Source: a virus (lineage: Duplodnaviria > Caudoviricetes). From it: a stretch of 63,855 nt of DNA. Numbering within the stretch: the stretch's first letter is position 1; each line of letters starts with the position of its first letter. The notes under the pieces are model-generated. The model searched no databases and was not told where the DNA came from. It was given only the letters and a program-made list of their open reading frames with translations. Below, in pieces: positions 1 to 9,009 of this stretch. The stretch is from positions 1 to 63,855 of IMG/VR virus record IMGVR_UViG_3300044638_005305, one strand, 5' to 3'. The position numbers were made by a program, and so were the translations under genes.

Positions 1-70
1 TATAGATTTAGACATACAGTCTTTAGGCAAATATTTCTTAATGCTTTCATAAAGCATTTCCGATGCTGTT

Positions 71-619
71 CTATTTTCCATTTAGTTCGATTTTACGTTT
101 AGTGAATAATGCCTTTGATTTGCTTTGCTCAACTGGAATTAAAGAATCGTAAAGCAGTCCTAATTCGTCAAGGTTATTGCATTTAGATAGCTTCTTTTGA
201 ATCTCAATTAAAACGATGTCATTTGCTGGCATAGATGCTTTATTGCCATCATCATCATCCGCTCCAACATTTAAGAATGATTGCATTCCGTAACGTCTTG
301 CATAAGTAATTCCGCTACCTTGCGACTGCGCATCATTTACCTTTGAATAAATTATTTCAGTTTCGCACGATAGCCATTCGCCACTCTCATGAATTAAAAT
401 GGTTTCTACATAGTTTCTGCCATCTATTGAAATAGTAGGCTGCAATAGTGTAATCTGATTAGCTAATAATGCTGGCATACACGCTTCTCTAATTGCGTTT
501 AAGTCTGCATATTTCGATTTAAAGAATGGATTTGCAGCGTCCTTTGTTGCCGTTCCCATTTCAGATTGAGCCTTTAGTAAGGCGGTTGAAATTTTGGTAA
601 TTGTTTGACTTGTTTTCAT
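71..619 (-). CDS. ERF-family single-strand annealing protein
   Basis: KDAANPFFKSKYADL, LIHESGEW, AQSQGSGITYARRY, DDDDG motifs; ATG at 619 preferred over the track's 709. Confidence 0.9.
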   Translation of the reverse strand: MKTSQTITKISTALLKAQSEMGTATKDAANPFFKSKYADLNAIREACMPALLANQITLLQPTISIDGRNYVETILIHESGEWLSCETEIIYSKVNDAQSQGSGITYARRYGMQSFLNVGADDDDGNKASMPANDIVLIEIQKKLSKCNNLDELGLLYDSLIPVEQSKSKALFTKRKIELNGK

Positions 620-624
620 TTGGT

Positions 625-729
625 TTATTTGATTAATGCTGCAATCAAGATTACAGCGGTGAATAATAAAAAGTAAATAGCTAATTGAGCAATCCAACCC
701 AGCGAGCAAAAGTAGTTTAGGAATCTCAT
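625..729 (-). CDS. Small membrane peptide (34 aa, not in ORF track)
   Basis: MRFLNYFCSLGWIAQLAIYFLLFTAVILIAALIK; ATGA overlap with upstream gene; fills the gap before ERF. Confidence 0.6.
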   Translation of the reverse strand: MRFLNYFCSLGWIAQLAIYFLLFTAVILIAALIK

Positions 730-992
730 ACTCCTAGTCTGAATGTTGAAGATGTGTTATCCTCTCTGTAATATTCCGTATTGGAATTAAGAATATCAAT
801 ATCTTCTTTGAACTCTTTTGCTAAATGCTTTTCAGCTATAAGGATTCTCCAACCCTCTTTTACTTCTATGAGTTCATCATCAATACCGCTTTCGAGCCAA
901 AGCCCTGAAATATCAACTCCATTTTTGCCAACTTCAAAGTCAGCCATGAATGCGAAGCCATCCATTTTAAAGAAATAGTCTGTTTTAATCAT
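726..992 (-). CDS. Hypothetical protein
   Basis: ORF in minus-strand operon. Confidence 0.65.
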   Translation of the reverse strand: MIKTDYFFKMDGFAFMADFEVGKNGVDISGLWLESGIDDELIEVKEGWRILIAEKHLAKEFKEDIDILNSNTEYYREDNTSSTFRLGV

Positions 993-1047
993 TGTTTTAG
1001 GTTTAGGATTCAAAAATACATTCTTTTTTGATAATTAAAAATAAATA

Positions 1048-1284
1048 TCAAATCTTTTTTTCAGTTAGTACTTCATGCTCCTGAATGTCGATGTAGTGCA
1101 TGATAATATTAAGGTTGGTCGCTTGTGTTAATTGTTGGTCATTGTTATCCAACCATCTTTGCAGAGTTCCCTCGCTGCACTCATTAGCGACCATTAGTTT
1201 GAGTTTTACGCTTCTATTCTTTCTGATTAGTGCGATTGTCTTTGCGCTCAATTCGAGCGGTTTTTCTGGTGTCTTTTTTTTCAT
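1048..1284 (-). CDS. Cro/HTH-like DNA-binding protein
   Basis: LMVANECSEGTLQRWL helix-turn-helix-like segment. Confidence 0.5.
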   Translation of the reverse strand: MKKKTPEKPLELSAKTIALIRKNRSVKLKLMVANECSEGTLQRWLDNNDQQLTQATNLNIIMHYIDIQEHEVLTEKKI

Positions 1285-1286
1285 TG

Positions 1287-1484
1287 TTATTTGTTTATTT
1301 TATGTATTCCTAGTAAGTTATTTAAAGCCCTTTGCTTCTTAGTAAATAAATAATGTGTAGTTACTACCCAAACATCCACATCATTTTTCCCATTTATTCT
1401 ACCATTATGTGTAAAAATTACATCAAACTCTTGCTTAATATAAGCAGAAATATCTTTAGCGGCAATTAGATAAGCCCCTTCCAT
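1287..1484 (-). CDS. Hypothetical protein
   Basis: Tightly packed ORF. Confidence 0.55.
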   Translation of the reverse strand: MEGAYLIAAKDISAYIKQEFDVIFTHNGRINGKNDVDVWVVTTHYLFTKKQRALNNLLGIHKINK

Positions 1485-1485
1485 G

Positions 1486-1719
1486 TCAGCTTAATTGATG
1501 GTGAAAGTGTTCTATCTCGTTAATAGGCTCAATAGATAGCGTTTCTATGCCGTACAAATAAGCCATTTCGCTAAAGGTATCAATTAGTTCTTTTCCTTTA
1601 AGATAGGCTGCAACTATTACTTTAGAGCCTTTTTTTGAAGTCCTTACTATTTTAGCAAGTCCAGTTATTTCTCTTTTTTTCATTTTGTGCGGTTGTGAGA
1701 GTGAATATAATTTGCCCAT
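1486..1719 (-). CDS. Hypothetical protein
   Basis: Tightly packed ORF; true start may be the ATG at 1683. Confidence 0.55.
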   Translation of the reverse strand: MGKLYSLSQPHKMKKREITGLAKIVRTSKKGSKVIVAAYLKGKELIDTFSEMAYLYGIETLSIEPINEIEHFHHQLS

Positions 1720-1889
1720 GCATTAAATTCTAATTGTTGTGAATTTTCACACGTTTTTGTTCCCATTGGTTCAAGTTCCGATTTTTCACTTTCACGCAAT
1801 TCGATTAGAATTAATTTAGTGAAAAGCGCAAAAAGTGAGCAAAAAAGCATGATTAGAAAGATTCCGAAAATGATGTGATGTGTTGTCAT
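1680..1889 (-). CDS. Hypothetical membrane protein
   Basis: N-terminal hydrophobic helix; TATCTTTG promoter just upstream. Confidence 0.6.
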   Translation of the reverse strand: MTTHHIIFGIFLIMLFCSLFALFTKLILIELRESEKSELEPMGTKTCENSQQLEFNAWANYIHSHNRTK

Positions 1890-1982
1890 TTGGTATTTAT
1901 TTGGTTAATAATAGGACAAAGATATATTTAATTCTGATAATCAAAAATAAATACAATAAAAAGTTATCCACATACATAAAAT

Positions 1983-2006
1983 AAAAAAGGCTGCATCTCT
2001 GCAACC
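1983..2006 (-). terminator. Intrinsic terminator
   Basis: GGTTGCA-GAGA-TGCAGCC hairpin followed by T6 on the minus strand. Confidence 0.65.
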
Positions 2007-2028
2007 CTTATAAAATAACGAAATTTAG

Positions 2029-2271
2029 TTATTCCCCTAAGTACTCTTCATCGGTTTCGGTCTCGTATATCTCGACTAATTTAAGAGCATCATTCACATT
2101 AGACCACGTTTTTAGATAGGGTATGCCCATTGCTTTAATCTTAGCAATAGCATTTAAGTAAGTATCTGTCATGACTGTTATGTTTATTCTTTCTCCACTA
2201 TCATCTTCAACATAAAATATCCACACATAATTACATTCCGTAGTCATAGTCTTTAGGTTTAAGCCATTCAA
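2029..2271 (-). CDS. Hypothetical protein
   Basis: ORF overlapping the upstream gene end. Confidence 0.6.
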   Translation of the reverse strand: MNGLNLKTMTTECNYVWIFYVEDDSGERINITVMTDTYLNAIAKIKAMGIPYLKTWSNVNDALKLVEIYETETDEEYLGE

Positions 2272-3490
2272 AATAAAATGTTGTAAGCCCTTTTTCGTTT
2301 TCGTTTAAATTCACGTCCATAATATTAAATCCGCTTCTACCTTTGCTAAAGTTAGTTTGCACCCACTCACTGGCAGGACTTAAAGCCAAATAATTATGAT
2401 AATCGCAGTTATCAATAGTCATATTATCTATTAACTGTAAATGGGTATCACCTTTCTCAAACGTGCAAAAGTATTGCTCTAATGAATGATGTTTAATATA
2501 CTCTTTTATCTTGTCCTTTTGCTTTGCATCTAATATCGGTTTGAAGCCAAATTTAAGGTTTTTGGCATCTTTTCCATGTGAAAGTATAAAACAATGCTTA
2601 CCTATGATATAGTGCCCTATAAAACGCTGATAAATGTGATACTCTATTTTTCCGTACTTAGCTTTTAAAATCTCTTTGGCTGAATAATTTATGATATAAT
2701 CAAAATCATTCGAGTGATTTGAATTGGTAATCGAATGAACTACTATTTTTGTTTTGAAAACTTGCAAAGCGTTAAACAATTCAACAAAAAAACTTACACC
2801 AACTTTGAACGCTTTTTTATTATCCATGTTTTGAGGCAGGTTGTGTCCTTTGCGCACTGTTTGACCGTCCCATCCATCCATAAAATCCCCCAAATTAATT
2901 AAGTGAATTTCTTTATACTGTTTACATTTTGTGAACTGTGATACTTTTTTCAATATCACGTCTACCCTATTGCCTAAAACCTTTTCATTCCACACTTCTC
3001 CATATAATCCGTTCCCATCTTCGTTAGTTTCCATGCCCACGTGAACGTCTGTTATAATAACTCTCAACAAGTTGTCAGACTTTACAGTTGGTAGTTTACT
3101 GTAAACCTTATTAATTTTGCTAAAGTCTAATTCCTTTAAACAGTCTTTAATTTCTTCAATTGTTATTTCTCGATTCTTTTCAGGCTCGGCAATTACCCAC
3201 TGTTGTTGTGTGTTTAGGTTTGTTGAAATCCGCTTAATTGCGAAGTTATCAGGAAAAGGTACAATATCAGATACTAACTTTTGCACCTCCGATGCAACCG
3301 CTCCGTTTTTGTCTAAAGTTCTTTTTGTGGTTTCAAATCGCTTTTTATTCCTTAGCAAAACGCTTTTAACGGATTCGGGAGTTATTGTATCACCATCCCT
3401 AAATGCCAACTCGGCAACCCTGCGACCATACTCCATTAAAGATTCAGATTCTAATTTCGGGTACTTAACAATGTAGTCACGAATTAGCAT
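2231..3490 (-). CDS. Calcineurin-like metallophosphoesterase with N-terminal extension
   Basis: DVHVG, LGDFMDG, SNH, SHG, GDTH motifs. Confidence 0.8.
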   Translation of the reverse strand: MLIRDYIVKYPKLESESLMEYGRRVAELAFRDGDTITPESVKSVLLRNKKRFETTKRTLDKNGAVASEVQKLVSDIVPFPDNFAIKRISTNLNTQQQWVIAEPEKNREITIEEIKDCLKELDFSKINKVYSKLPTVKSDNLLRVIITDVHVGMETNEDGNGLYGEVWNEKVLGNRVDVILKKVSQFTKCKQYKEIHLINLGDFMDGWDGQTVRKGHNLPQNMDNKKAFKVGVSFFVELFNALQVFKTKIVVHSITNSNHSNDFDYIINYSAKEILKAKYGKIEYHIYQRFIGHYIIGKHCFILSHGKDAKNLKFGFKPILDAKQKDKIKEYIKHHSLEQYFCTFEKGDTHLQLIDNMTIDNCDYHNYLALSPASEWVQTNFSKGRSGFNIMDVNLNENEKGLTTFYFEWLKPKDYDYGM

Positions 3491-3522
3491 ATTTTAGTTT
3501 TTGGTTAAGCGCAAAGGTAGAA

Positions 3523-4170
3523 TTATTTTCTTAATCGTATCTTTTCGGAAAATCTTATTCCAATCTCAGGCTGTAAAAATGAATTTAAACCGCCATTTAA
3601 GCCTATTAAATGCCTATCTGATATGATAGCATCAAAAGCAACGCCACCGCGATAATTACCTATTGTTTGCGCTTGTAAAGCAATTCCTGCATATAGCCCT
3701 GCATAAACTTTAACTAATGACTGTTTCTTTTCGATTGTATTTGTTCGTTCAACTATTTTAATTACATCAGGTTTCAAGTTCTGAAATTCAACTGCGACAT
3801 CAATTAATTCATTTGCCGTTACAGTTGCCGACATTCTTGCTCTAAAACTGTCAGGATAATGAGTAAGTGTTTCATAGTAATTAGTGTCAATACATTTGTT
3901 TACAGTAAACAAGTTAGTGTCAATATAAGCAGAATCTAAACCGCTTATTTGTGCATTATTTGCAGATTTAGTTTTTACTTTGGTAGGTTTTCCGCTTATT
4001 AGTGTTATAACCATCGTGTCCTTTAGCACTATTGAATCCCTTATTGATACAGTTTGAGAAAGTATTTCAGGGCATTTGTTGTACGTATAACCTCCGTAAA
4101 ATCCTATGCCCAAACCTAAAATAAATAGTAAACCAAAAATAATTAGCAGGTCGTAATTAAGTCTTTTCAT
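3523..4170 (-). CDS. Membrane-anchored lysis accessory (spanin-like) protein
   Basis: N-terminal TM helix, C-terminal beta-rich segment, directly after the endolysin. Confidence 0.5.
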   Translation of the reverse strand: MKRLNYDLLIIFGLLFILGLGIGFYGGYTYNKCPEILSQTVSIRDSIVLKDTMVITLISGKPTKVKTKSANNAQISGLDSAYIDTNLFTVNKCIDTNYYETLTHYPDSFRARMSATVTANELIDVAVEFQNLKPDVIKIVERTNTIEKKQSLVKVYAGLYAGIALQAQTIGNYRGGVAFDAIISDRHLIGLNGGLNSFLQPEIGIRFSEKIRLRK

Positions 4171-4660
4171 GTTTTTGTTTTAATTCGCTTGCAAAATAAT
4201 CAATATATCGAACTTGACCGTTTTTTAATTTTACCGCAACTAAAACTTCATTCTTTAAATTCTTTTCATCATATCCAATGTGTAGCCAACGTGGGTTGTT
4301 ATCATCACCAAATTCCCAAATTAACTTACTCCATTGTAAACCTGATTTGAGTAACCATTTAAAAACTTCGCCACTAATATTTACACCATCCTTAATAAAA
4401 GTTTCATCAAATGCTTTGCCTTGCAAATGTTCGCTCTTTTTAGCCCCTTTAACAGCGTTGTTTAACCTTTCGCATCTATAAGCCACTGTCGGACTGAATG
4501 AGCCAAATTTTGCCCTTATTGGTTCTGCTAAGTGTTGCGCTAATTTGCGAAGATTATCAACTATTTCTTTGGTCGGTTGGTATTGTTCAGCAAATCCGTT
4601 TTTCATTGCCGTTTCAGAAGTCGTAAATTCTGATAAAGAAAAGTTTGTAGTTAATTTCAT
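4157..4660 (-). CDS. Endolysin, peptidase M15A family
   Basis: NFSLSEF, YRCERLNNAVKGAKKSEHLQGKAFD, WLHIGY zinc-peptidase motifs. Confidence 0.9.
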   Translation of the reverse strand: MKLTTNFSLSEFTTSETAMKNGFAEQYQPTKEIVDNLRKLAQHLAEPIRAKFGSFSPTVAYRCERLNNAVKGAKKSEHLQGKAFDETFIKDGVNISGEVFKWLLKSGLQWSKLIWEFGDDNNPRWLHIGYDEKNLKNEVLVAVKLKNGQVRYIDYFASELKQKHEKT

Positions 4661-4693
4661 TTTCTTATATTTGTGCTTTCATTTGGTTTTGGT

Positions 4694-5002
4694 TTAGGAA
4701 AGGGAGTCTTCGGAGTCCCTTTTCTTTTTCCTATCAGAAAAGCTATTTACGCATAAGTACTGCTTAAAGTTACAATTTACGGACTTTTTTTTTGAATCTT
4801 GTGAAATAAAACTCATTCTTTCATAAATAATCGCTACATCTTTTTCAATATCGGATAATCTTTCTTCATGCTTTTCAATAATAGCACTTATTCTTTCGCT
4901 ATTTTTGATAGACATTTGATACAACGCTCCAGTAATGCCAATTATAATTGTAAGCATAACACCAAATACCGCTGCAAATATTTTATTCCAATCAATTTTC
5001 AT
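4694..5002 (-). CDS. TM plus coiled-coil lysis-module protein
   Basis: One TM helix then coiled coil; lies in the lysis cassette. Confidence 0.55.
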   Translation of the reverse strand: MKIDWNKIFAAVFGVMLTIIIGITGALYQMSIKNSERISAIIEKHEERLSDIEKDVAIIYERMSFISQDSKKKSVNCNFKQYLCVNSFSDRKKKRDSEDSLS

Positions 5003-5255
5003 CTTTTGATTCGTTTTTTTCTTTTCTTAATAAAAATGAATTGTACGCTCCATAGCCATACAATGTCGAACTCAATAAAACAATAGAACCAGTATCAAAC
5101 CCATCAACACACGCCACACAACATAGTCGTAAAGTCGCATAGGCAACTATAATTAATGTCGCACTTGTAAATGAAACAAAGCGTTCTATTTTCTTTGAAC
5201 TTAAATAACTTTTCTGTGCCGAAAAAGTTGCATATAAATCACTCCACAATCTCAT
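4992..5255 (-). CDS. Putative holin
   Basis: 87 aa, two TM helices, SSKKIERF motif, charged C-terminus, upstream of endolysin. Confidence 0.6.
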   Translation of the reverse strand: MRLWSDLYATFSAQKSYLSSKKIERFVSFTSATLIIVAYATLRLCCVACVDGFDTGSIVLLSSTLYGYGAYNSFLLRKEKNESKDEN

Positions 5256-5404
5256 TTTTCTTTATTTTTTCCGATAGTCATTCCGATGGTTTCTACTTTC
5301 GCATCTTCTACGTACCATTTGTTTATAGAATTATTTAATCTAAATTTATTAGTGTTTTTTCCGATGGTTATTAAGGCCTCATATAAATCACTCCACAATC
5401 TCAT
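5231..5404. repeat. 25-bp perfect direct repeat CATATAAATCACTCCACAATCTCAT
   Basis: Copies at 5231-5255 and 5380-5404. Confidence 0.95.
5252..5404 (-). CDS. 50-aa ORF sharing MRLWSDLY with the holin (not in ORF track)
   Basis: Open frame from the duplicated start; its TGA overlaps the holin ATG. Confidence 0.45.
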   Translation of the reverse strand: MRLWSDLYEALITIGKNTNKFRLNNSINKWYVEDAKVETIGMTIGKNKEK

Positions 5405-5570
5405 CTTCTATCGGTTGGTTTTTAATTAACTCATCATAAAATGCTTTTCTTTCTTGTTCGCTTTCAAAGAAATAGTATTTTTCGCCATCGAAATGACTGC
5501 CAAACTTTGTGTCGGCAATCTCTTTTGGGGAAAATCCGTTGTCTTTAAATATCGCTTCAATTATTATCAT
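5388..5570 (-). CDS. Small tail-fibre-associated protein
   Basis: ATGA overlap with the tail-fibre stop. Confidence 0.55.
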   Translation of the reverse strand: MIIIEAIFKDNGFSPKEIADTKFGSHFDGEKYYFFESEQERKAFYDELIKNQPIEDEIVE

Positions 5571-7366
5571 CTCTTTCTCAATTGAATTAATGTTCCATCG
5601 CCTGTGCAAGTAACTAATGCTCCTAAGCCACTTGCAAATCGAAAAGTAAAAGTACCTGCATTTGTAGTCTTTAAATATCCATAAACTCTAATAATACTCG
5701 CCCCTGCAAGTCTGCAATGTGCAGGAGATGATACTGCGCCACTTTCAGAAATAAAAGTATCTAATATTGCTGTCCCTCCTGTTGTTCTTCCAACCAAAGC
5801 AATACTTGCTGTTGCTCCTGATGGGCATGATACTGCAAATGTAGCACCTCCTGACCCTGCTGCAACTGATACATAAACTTCACCTACAATCCTATACACA
5901 CTATTTGCTTCGACAGAACAAGTCATACCTGTTATGTCAGACGGAGATGTTGATGATGTTGTAGGATTGCCTGTTGGTGTAATTTCCAACACTCCTAATA
6001 TACCCAATAATTGAGCCTTAGTATAGACATATAAAGTATCAAAATAAGTCTTTAAAAAAGCTTTTACATTAGTCCATGTTATTTTCTTTAATACACTACT
6101 TTCTACTGTTGCAACTAAATCTGTGTCATTTGGAGTAGCCGAAGTCGAACCATTTATTAAAGTTCCTACGTTATTAACCGTAATTGTATCTTGTTTGCCA
6201 TTAAAAGCTGACCAGTCTGCGCTACTCAATGCACCTCTATTTGTAGCACTTGCTGTTGGTAAATTAAATGTGTGTGTTGCTGTTGCTGAACTAATCGCAA
6301 AGTCAGTTCCGCTTGTGCCAACCGCTAAATTTTGCACTTGGTCAGTTAATCCATTTAAAGCCGTTATGCCTGTCGAAAAAGTAGTTATGATTTGAGAAAG
6401 GTGATTATTTTCGGTGTGCAATTTAATTGTTCGACCGCTATTGTTTACATATATCCTAACTGCTAATCTATCCGTTGCTAATAATGCTGTTTGAGGCACC
6501 GCTAAAGCACTTACATATAAATCAATAACTGTACCATTTGTAATACCTTCGGGAGTTGCTGAATTAGATGCAATTAAAGATAATGTCGTTCCGTTCCATT
6601 TGTATAATTCAAGATAAAAAGATGGCGAACCACCTCCACTTGATGCACTAAAATAGGTTTCAAAATTCCAATTTCCTGCTGGTATTTCTAAAAGGTTTGG
6701 AACATTTGCATCCGTTATAAAAGATTGAATATATCCGTTTGTGTTAATAGTAAAGTCAGTTCCCGCACCTAATATTGGAGTCCTATCCATTTCTTTAAAT
6801 GCAACACCGCCAAAAGTACCCTGACTTACCGAACCATTCAAATAAAATGATTGCGAAGCCCCTCCGCCTGTTGATGCTGGGAAATTAGCAAGGCTACCGT
6901 CCCCCCTTACATATTGGCTAATTAATCCTGCACCAGTTACCGCTATATCGCCACTTGAAGTAATAGGACTATTTGCAACCGAAAACGCACTTGGCATTGT
7001 CAATCCTACCGAAGTGACTGTTCCGCTAGGTATCGAAACAGGTATATCCGTAACAGATGTTACTCGCCCTTTTTGGTCAATTGTTATTTGTGGGATATTA
7101 GTAGCATCCCCGTATGTATTTGGAGTAACTGCGGTGTCTGTAATGTCTGCTGTCAATACCCCACTTGTAACATCTAGGTCAATATTTGCACTATCAAGAA
7201 TTGACGTAATAAACAAAGCGCCCGCTCCGCCAACTAGCGTACCACCTGCCGTTGTTCCATCACCTATAAATACTTGTTTTGTGTCTGTTGTGTATAGATA
7301 CTCACCCTCCTCCGGTGTTACCGAAGTCCTATCTGTTTCTAACCCTCTTCTTATTCTTATTGCCAT
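5567..7366 (-). CDS. Tail fibre / receptor-binding protein
   Basis: Mtd/hyaluronidase-like N-terminus (IRIRRG...PEEGE..YTTDTKQVFIGDG), ITIDQKGRVTS repeat, G/S/T-rich. Confidence 0.8.
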   Translation of the reverse strand: MAIRIRRGLETDRTSVTPEEGEYLYTTDTKQVFIGDGTTAGGTLVGGAGALFITSILDSANIDLDVTSGVLTADITDTAVTPNTYGDATNIPQITIDQKGRVTSVTDIPVSIPSGTVTSVGLTMPSAFSVANSPITSSGDIAVTGAGLISQYVRGDGSLANFPASTGGGASQSFYLNGSVSQGTFGGVAFKEMDRTPILGAGTDFTINTNGYIQSFITDANVPNLLEIPAGNWNFETYFSASSGGGSPSFYLELYKWNGTTLSLIASNSATPEGITNGTVIDLYVSALAVPQTALLATDRLAVRIYVNNSGRTIKLHTENNHLSQIITTFSTGITALNGLTDQVQNLAVGTSGTDFAISSATATHTFNLPTASATNRGALSSADWSAFNGKQDTITVNNVGTLINGSTSATPNDTDLVATVESSVLKKITWTNVKAFLKTYFDTLYVYTKAQLLGILGVLEITPTGNPTTSSTSPSDITGMTCSVEANSVYRIVGEVYVSVAAGSGGATFAVSCPSGATASIALVGRTTGGTAILDTFISESGAVSSPAHCRLAGASIIRVYGYLKTTNAGTFTFRFASGLGALVTCTGDGTLIQLRKR

Positions 7367-7369
7367 ATC

Positions 7370-7867
7370 CTATACAAATGAACCTGCATCAATTAAAGTA
7401 TTATCACTTGGCGCTAAAAATGTACCGCCATCTATCAAAACATTGTACGTTACTCCGCTTACCCCTCCATTGCTAACCGCAGTTAATCTACCCTTGCTAT
7501 CTACTGTTAAATTAGCATTTGTGTAGCTACCTGCCGTTACTGCTGTATCTACTAATTCCAAATCTCCCGATTCAGTAATTGTGGCATCTCCGCTTAAAGG
7601 AACACCAGTTGCTATATTTTGGCTATTTCCAACAAAAACGTATGTGCTTTTAAGCGTTTTAGATAAAAAACTCCCACTTGTGTTGGTTATTATCTTTTCA
7701 ATATCAGGCTTTAAAAGGTCTAAAATAGACTTCCATGAGCCATTAAATGAGTAGAAAACGCCTTTTCTTAATCGGTCAGCGGGAATAGGCGCAGATGCAA
7801 ATTGCTCTTGAATAAGCAATTCGTTGTCAATTGGTGCGGGCGTATTTTTAGTATTGACAATTACCAT
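7370..7867 (-). CDS. Fibre-related structural protein
   Basis: AVTAGSYTNANLTVDSKGRLTA repeat shared with the tail fibre; IDGG motif. Confidence 0.6.
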   Translation of the reverse strand: MVIVNTKNTPAPIDNELLIQEQFASAPIPADRLRKGVFYSFNGSWKSILDLLKPDIEKIITNTSGSFLSKTLKSTYVFVGNSQNIATGVPLSGDATITESGDLELVDTAVTAGSYTNANLTVDSKGRLTAVSNGGVSGVTYNVLIDGGTFLAPSDNTLIDAGSFV

Positions 7868-7909
7868 ATTACAAAAATACAATTTCTTTTAAATAATTAG
7901 ACATTTGGC

Positions 7910-7943
7910 AAAAAAAAGATAGGCTACCCGAAAGCAGCCTATC
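7910..7943 (-). terminator. Intrinsic terminator
   Basis: GATAGGCTGC/GTAGCCTATC hairpin plus T8 on the minus strand. Confidence 0.75.
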
Positions 7944-7994
7944 CTAAACCAAAATGAAAAATACACGAAAACGTTACAAAATTACACAAAAATA

Positions 7995-8276
7995 TCAGAA
8001 TGGAAAATTCGAATCGTCTTTTTTGTTTGCAAAACCTTGTTGCGGTTGCGCTGTTGAAGCTGTTGGCTTCCATGTGTCAAGTTGCACGCCCTTGTCGGTA
8101 AGGGTAAACTTCACTTGTTTGCCATACTTCTCATGCTCGGTAATAGCATCAGGATTTTCTTTGAGCCATGCAAATAGCTCGTTTGGTGAAATAACAAGGC
8201 TACCTATAATAAAATCAGGCGCGTTCTTGCTTGGTTTGAAAAATGAAATGCCTTTAGGATAAACTTTGTCTGCCAT
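7995..8276 (-). CDS. Putative single-stranded DNA-binding protein
   Basis: Small beta-rich domain, Q/P linker, acidic DDSNFPF C-terminus. Confidence 0.6.
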   Translation of the reverse strand: MADKVYPKGISFFKPSKNAPDFIIGSLVISPNELFAWLKENPDAITEHEKYGKQVKFTLTDKGVQLDTWKPTASTAQPQQGFANKKDDSNFPF

Positions 8277-8305
8277 AAAATAATGGTTTAATGATTAATA
8301 AAGCA

Positions 8306-8362
8306 CAAAGATAAAATATTTTTCCATTTATACTTGTTTTTTAATAATAAAGTTTATGTTTG
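8306..8362. promoter_or_regulatory. Divergent Bacteroidota sigma-A promoters
   Basis: TATCTTTG (minus, 8306-8313) and TATGTTTG (plus, 8355-8362) match TAnnTTTG. Confidence 0.6.
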
Positions 8363-8372
8363 TATCGTAATT

Positions 8373-8603
8373 ATGGCTAAGAAAGATAGAAAGTCTAATC
8401 CTCAATATGCTAATTCAGTTAGAAACGCAAGGCGAAAAAGGGGTGTGTCGCAAATTAATCTTTCAAAAAGATTAGGGTGTAGTTCGGTTAGTCTTTCTCA
8501 AATTGAAAACGGCAACGCCTATCCAAGTTTTAAGCTACTCAATAGGATTGCCGATAAGTTAAATTACAAACTGCAAATTCATGTTCGATTTTTAGAATGG
8601 TAA
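8373..8603 (+). CDS. XRE-family HTH regulator
   Basis: VRNARRKRGVSQINLSKRLGCSSVSLSQIENG...PS...LNRIADKL. Confidence 0.9.
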   Translation: MAKKDRKSNPQYANSVRNARRKRGVSQINLSKRLGCSSVSLSQIENGNAYPSFKLLNRIADKLNYKLQIHVRFLEW

Positions 8604-8619
8604 AACAAAAAACAATAAT

Positions 8620-9009
8620 ATGGAATTAACAACAGAAAATGTCGCTTTCGTAGCGTTAATTATTTGCACAGTAGTGCCTTTGGTTTATTTAGTTCATACT
8701 ATGTGGGATGCACGAAAAAAGACTAAGGTGGCAACCATTAAGTACGAACAACACACCGAGCAAGTTTGGAAAGAATACATGGGTGTAAGGTTTCCTTTGC
8801 TCAAATACGAACTTGGGATGTGGAATGGTATGTCGCCCGAAAGCAAAAGGGCGTGGATAAAGCAACTTAAAGCTGAAATAAAATCAGGCAAGAAAATCCC
8901 GATAAAAGACGACAAAGGTGTTGTTATTGGTTATGAAACCAAAGACAGGAAAGGAATTGCAAGGGAAAAGCAAATCGAAACAATAGTTAAAAAAGTACAT
9001 GGACTATGA
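8620..9009 (+). CDS. Membrane-anchored hypothetical protein
   Basis: N-terminal TM helix. Confidence 0.7.
   Translation: MELTTENVAFVALIICTVVPLVYLVHTMWDARKKTKVATIKYEQHTEQVWKEYMGVRFPLLKYELGMWNGMSPESKRAWIKQLKAEIKSGKKIPIKDDKGVVIGYETKDRKGIAREKQIETIVKKVHGL

Larger units (their letters stand above)
1..850. repeat. Imperfect terminal overlap, copy 1 (ERF allele)
   Basis: 1-127 is identical to 62982-63108; 128-193 and 611-761 are near-identical; 762-850 is identical to 63767-63855; the middle is unrelated. Confidence 0.95.

Noticed and set aside
620-709. 30-aa N-terminal extension (MLAGLDCS...) of both SSAP ORFs in the track
   Set aside because: An alternative-start artefact; the region encodes a separate 34-aa membrane peptide in another frame, and the ATGs at 619/63624 have A-rich RBSs
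1-850. True direct terminal repeat of the virion DNA
   Set aside because: The copies differ by SNPs and a whole gene body, and the exact match is 127 bp, so an assembly overlap of two alleles fits better
5567-7882. Diversity-generating retroelement targeting the tail fibre (Mtd-like N-terminus)
   Set aside because: No reverse transcriptase and no adenine-variable TR/VR pair seen
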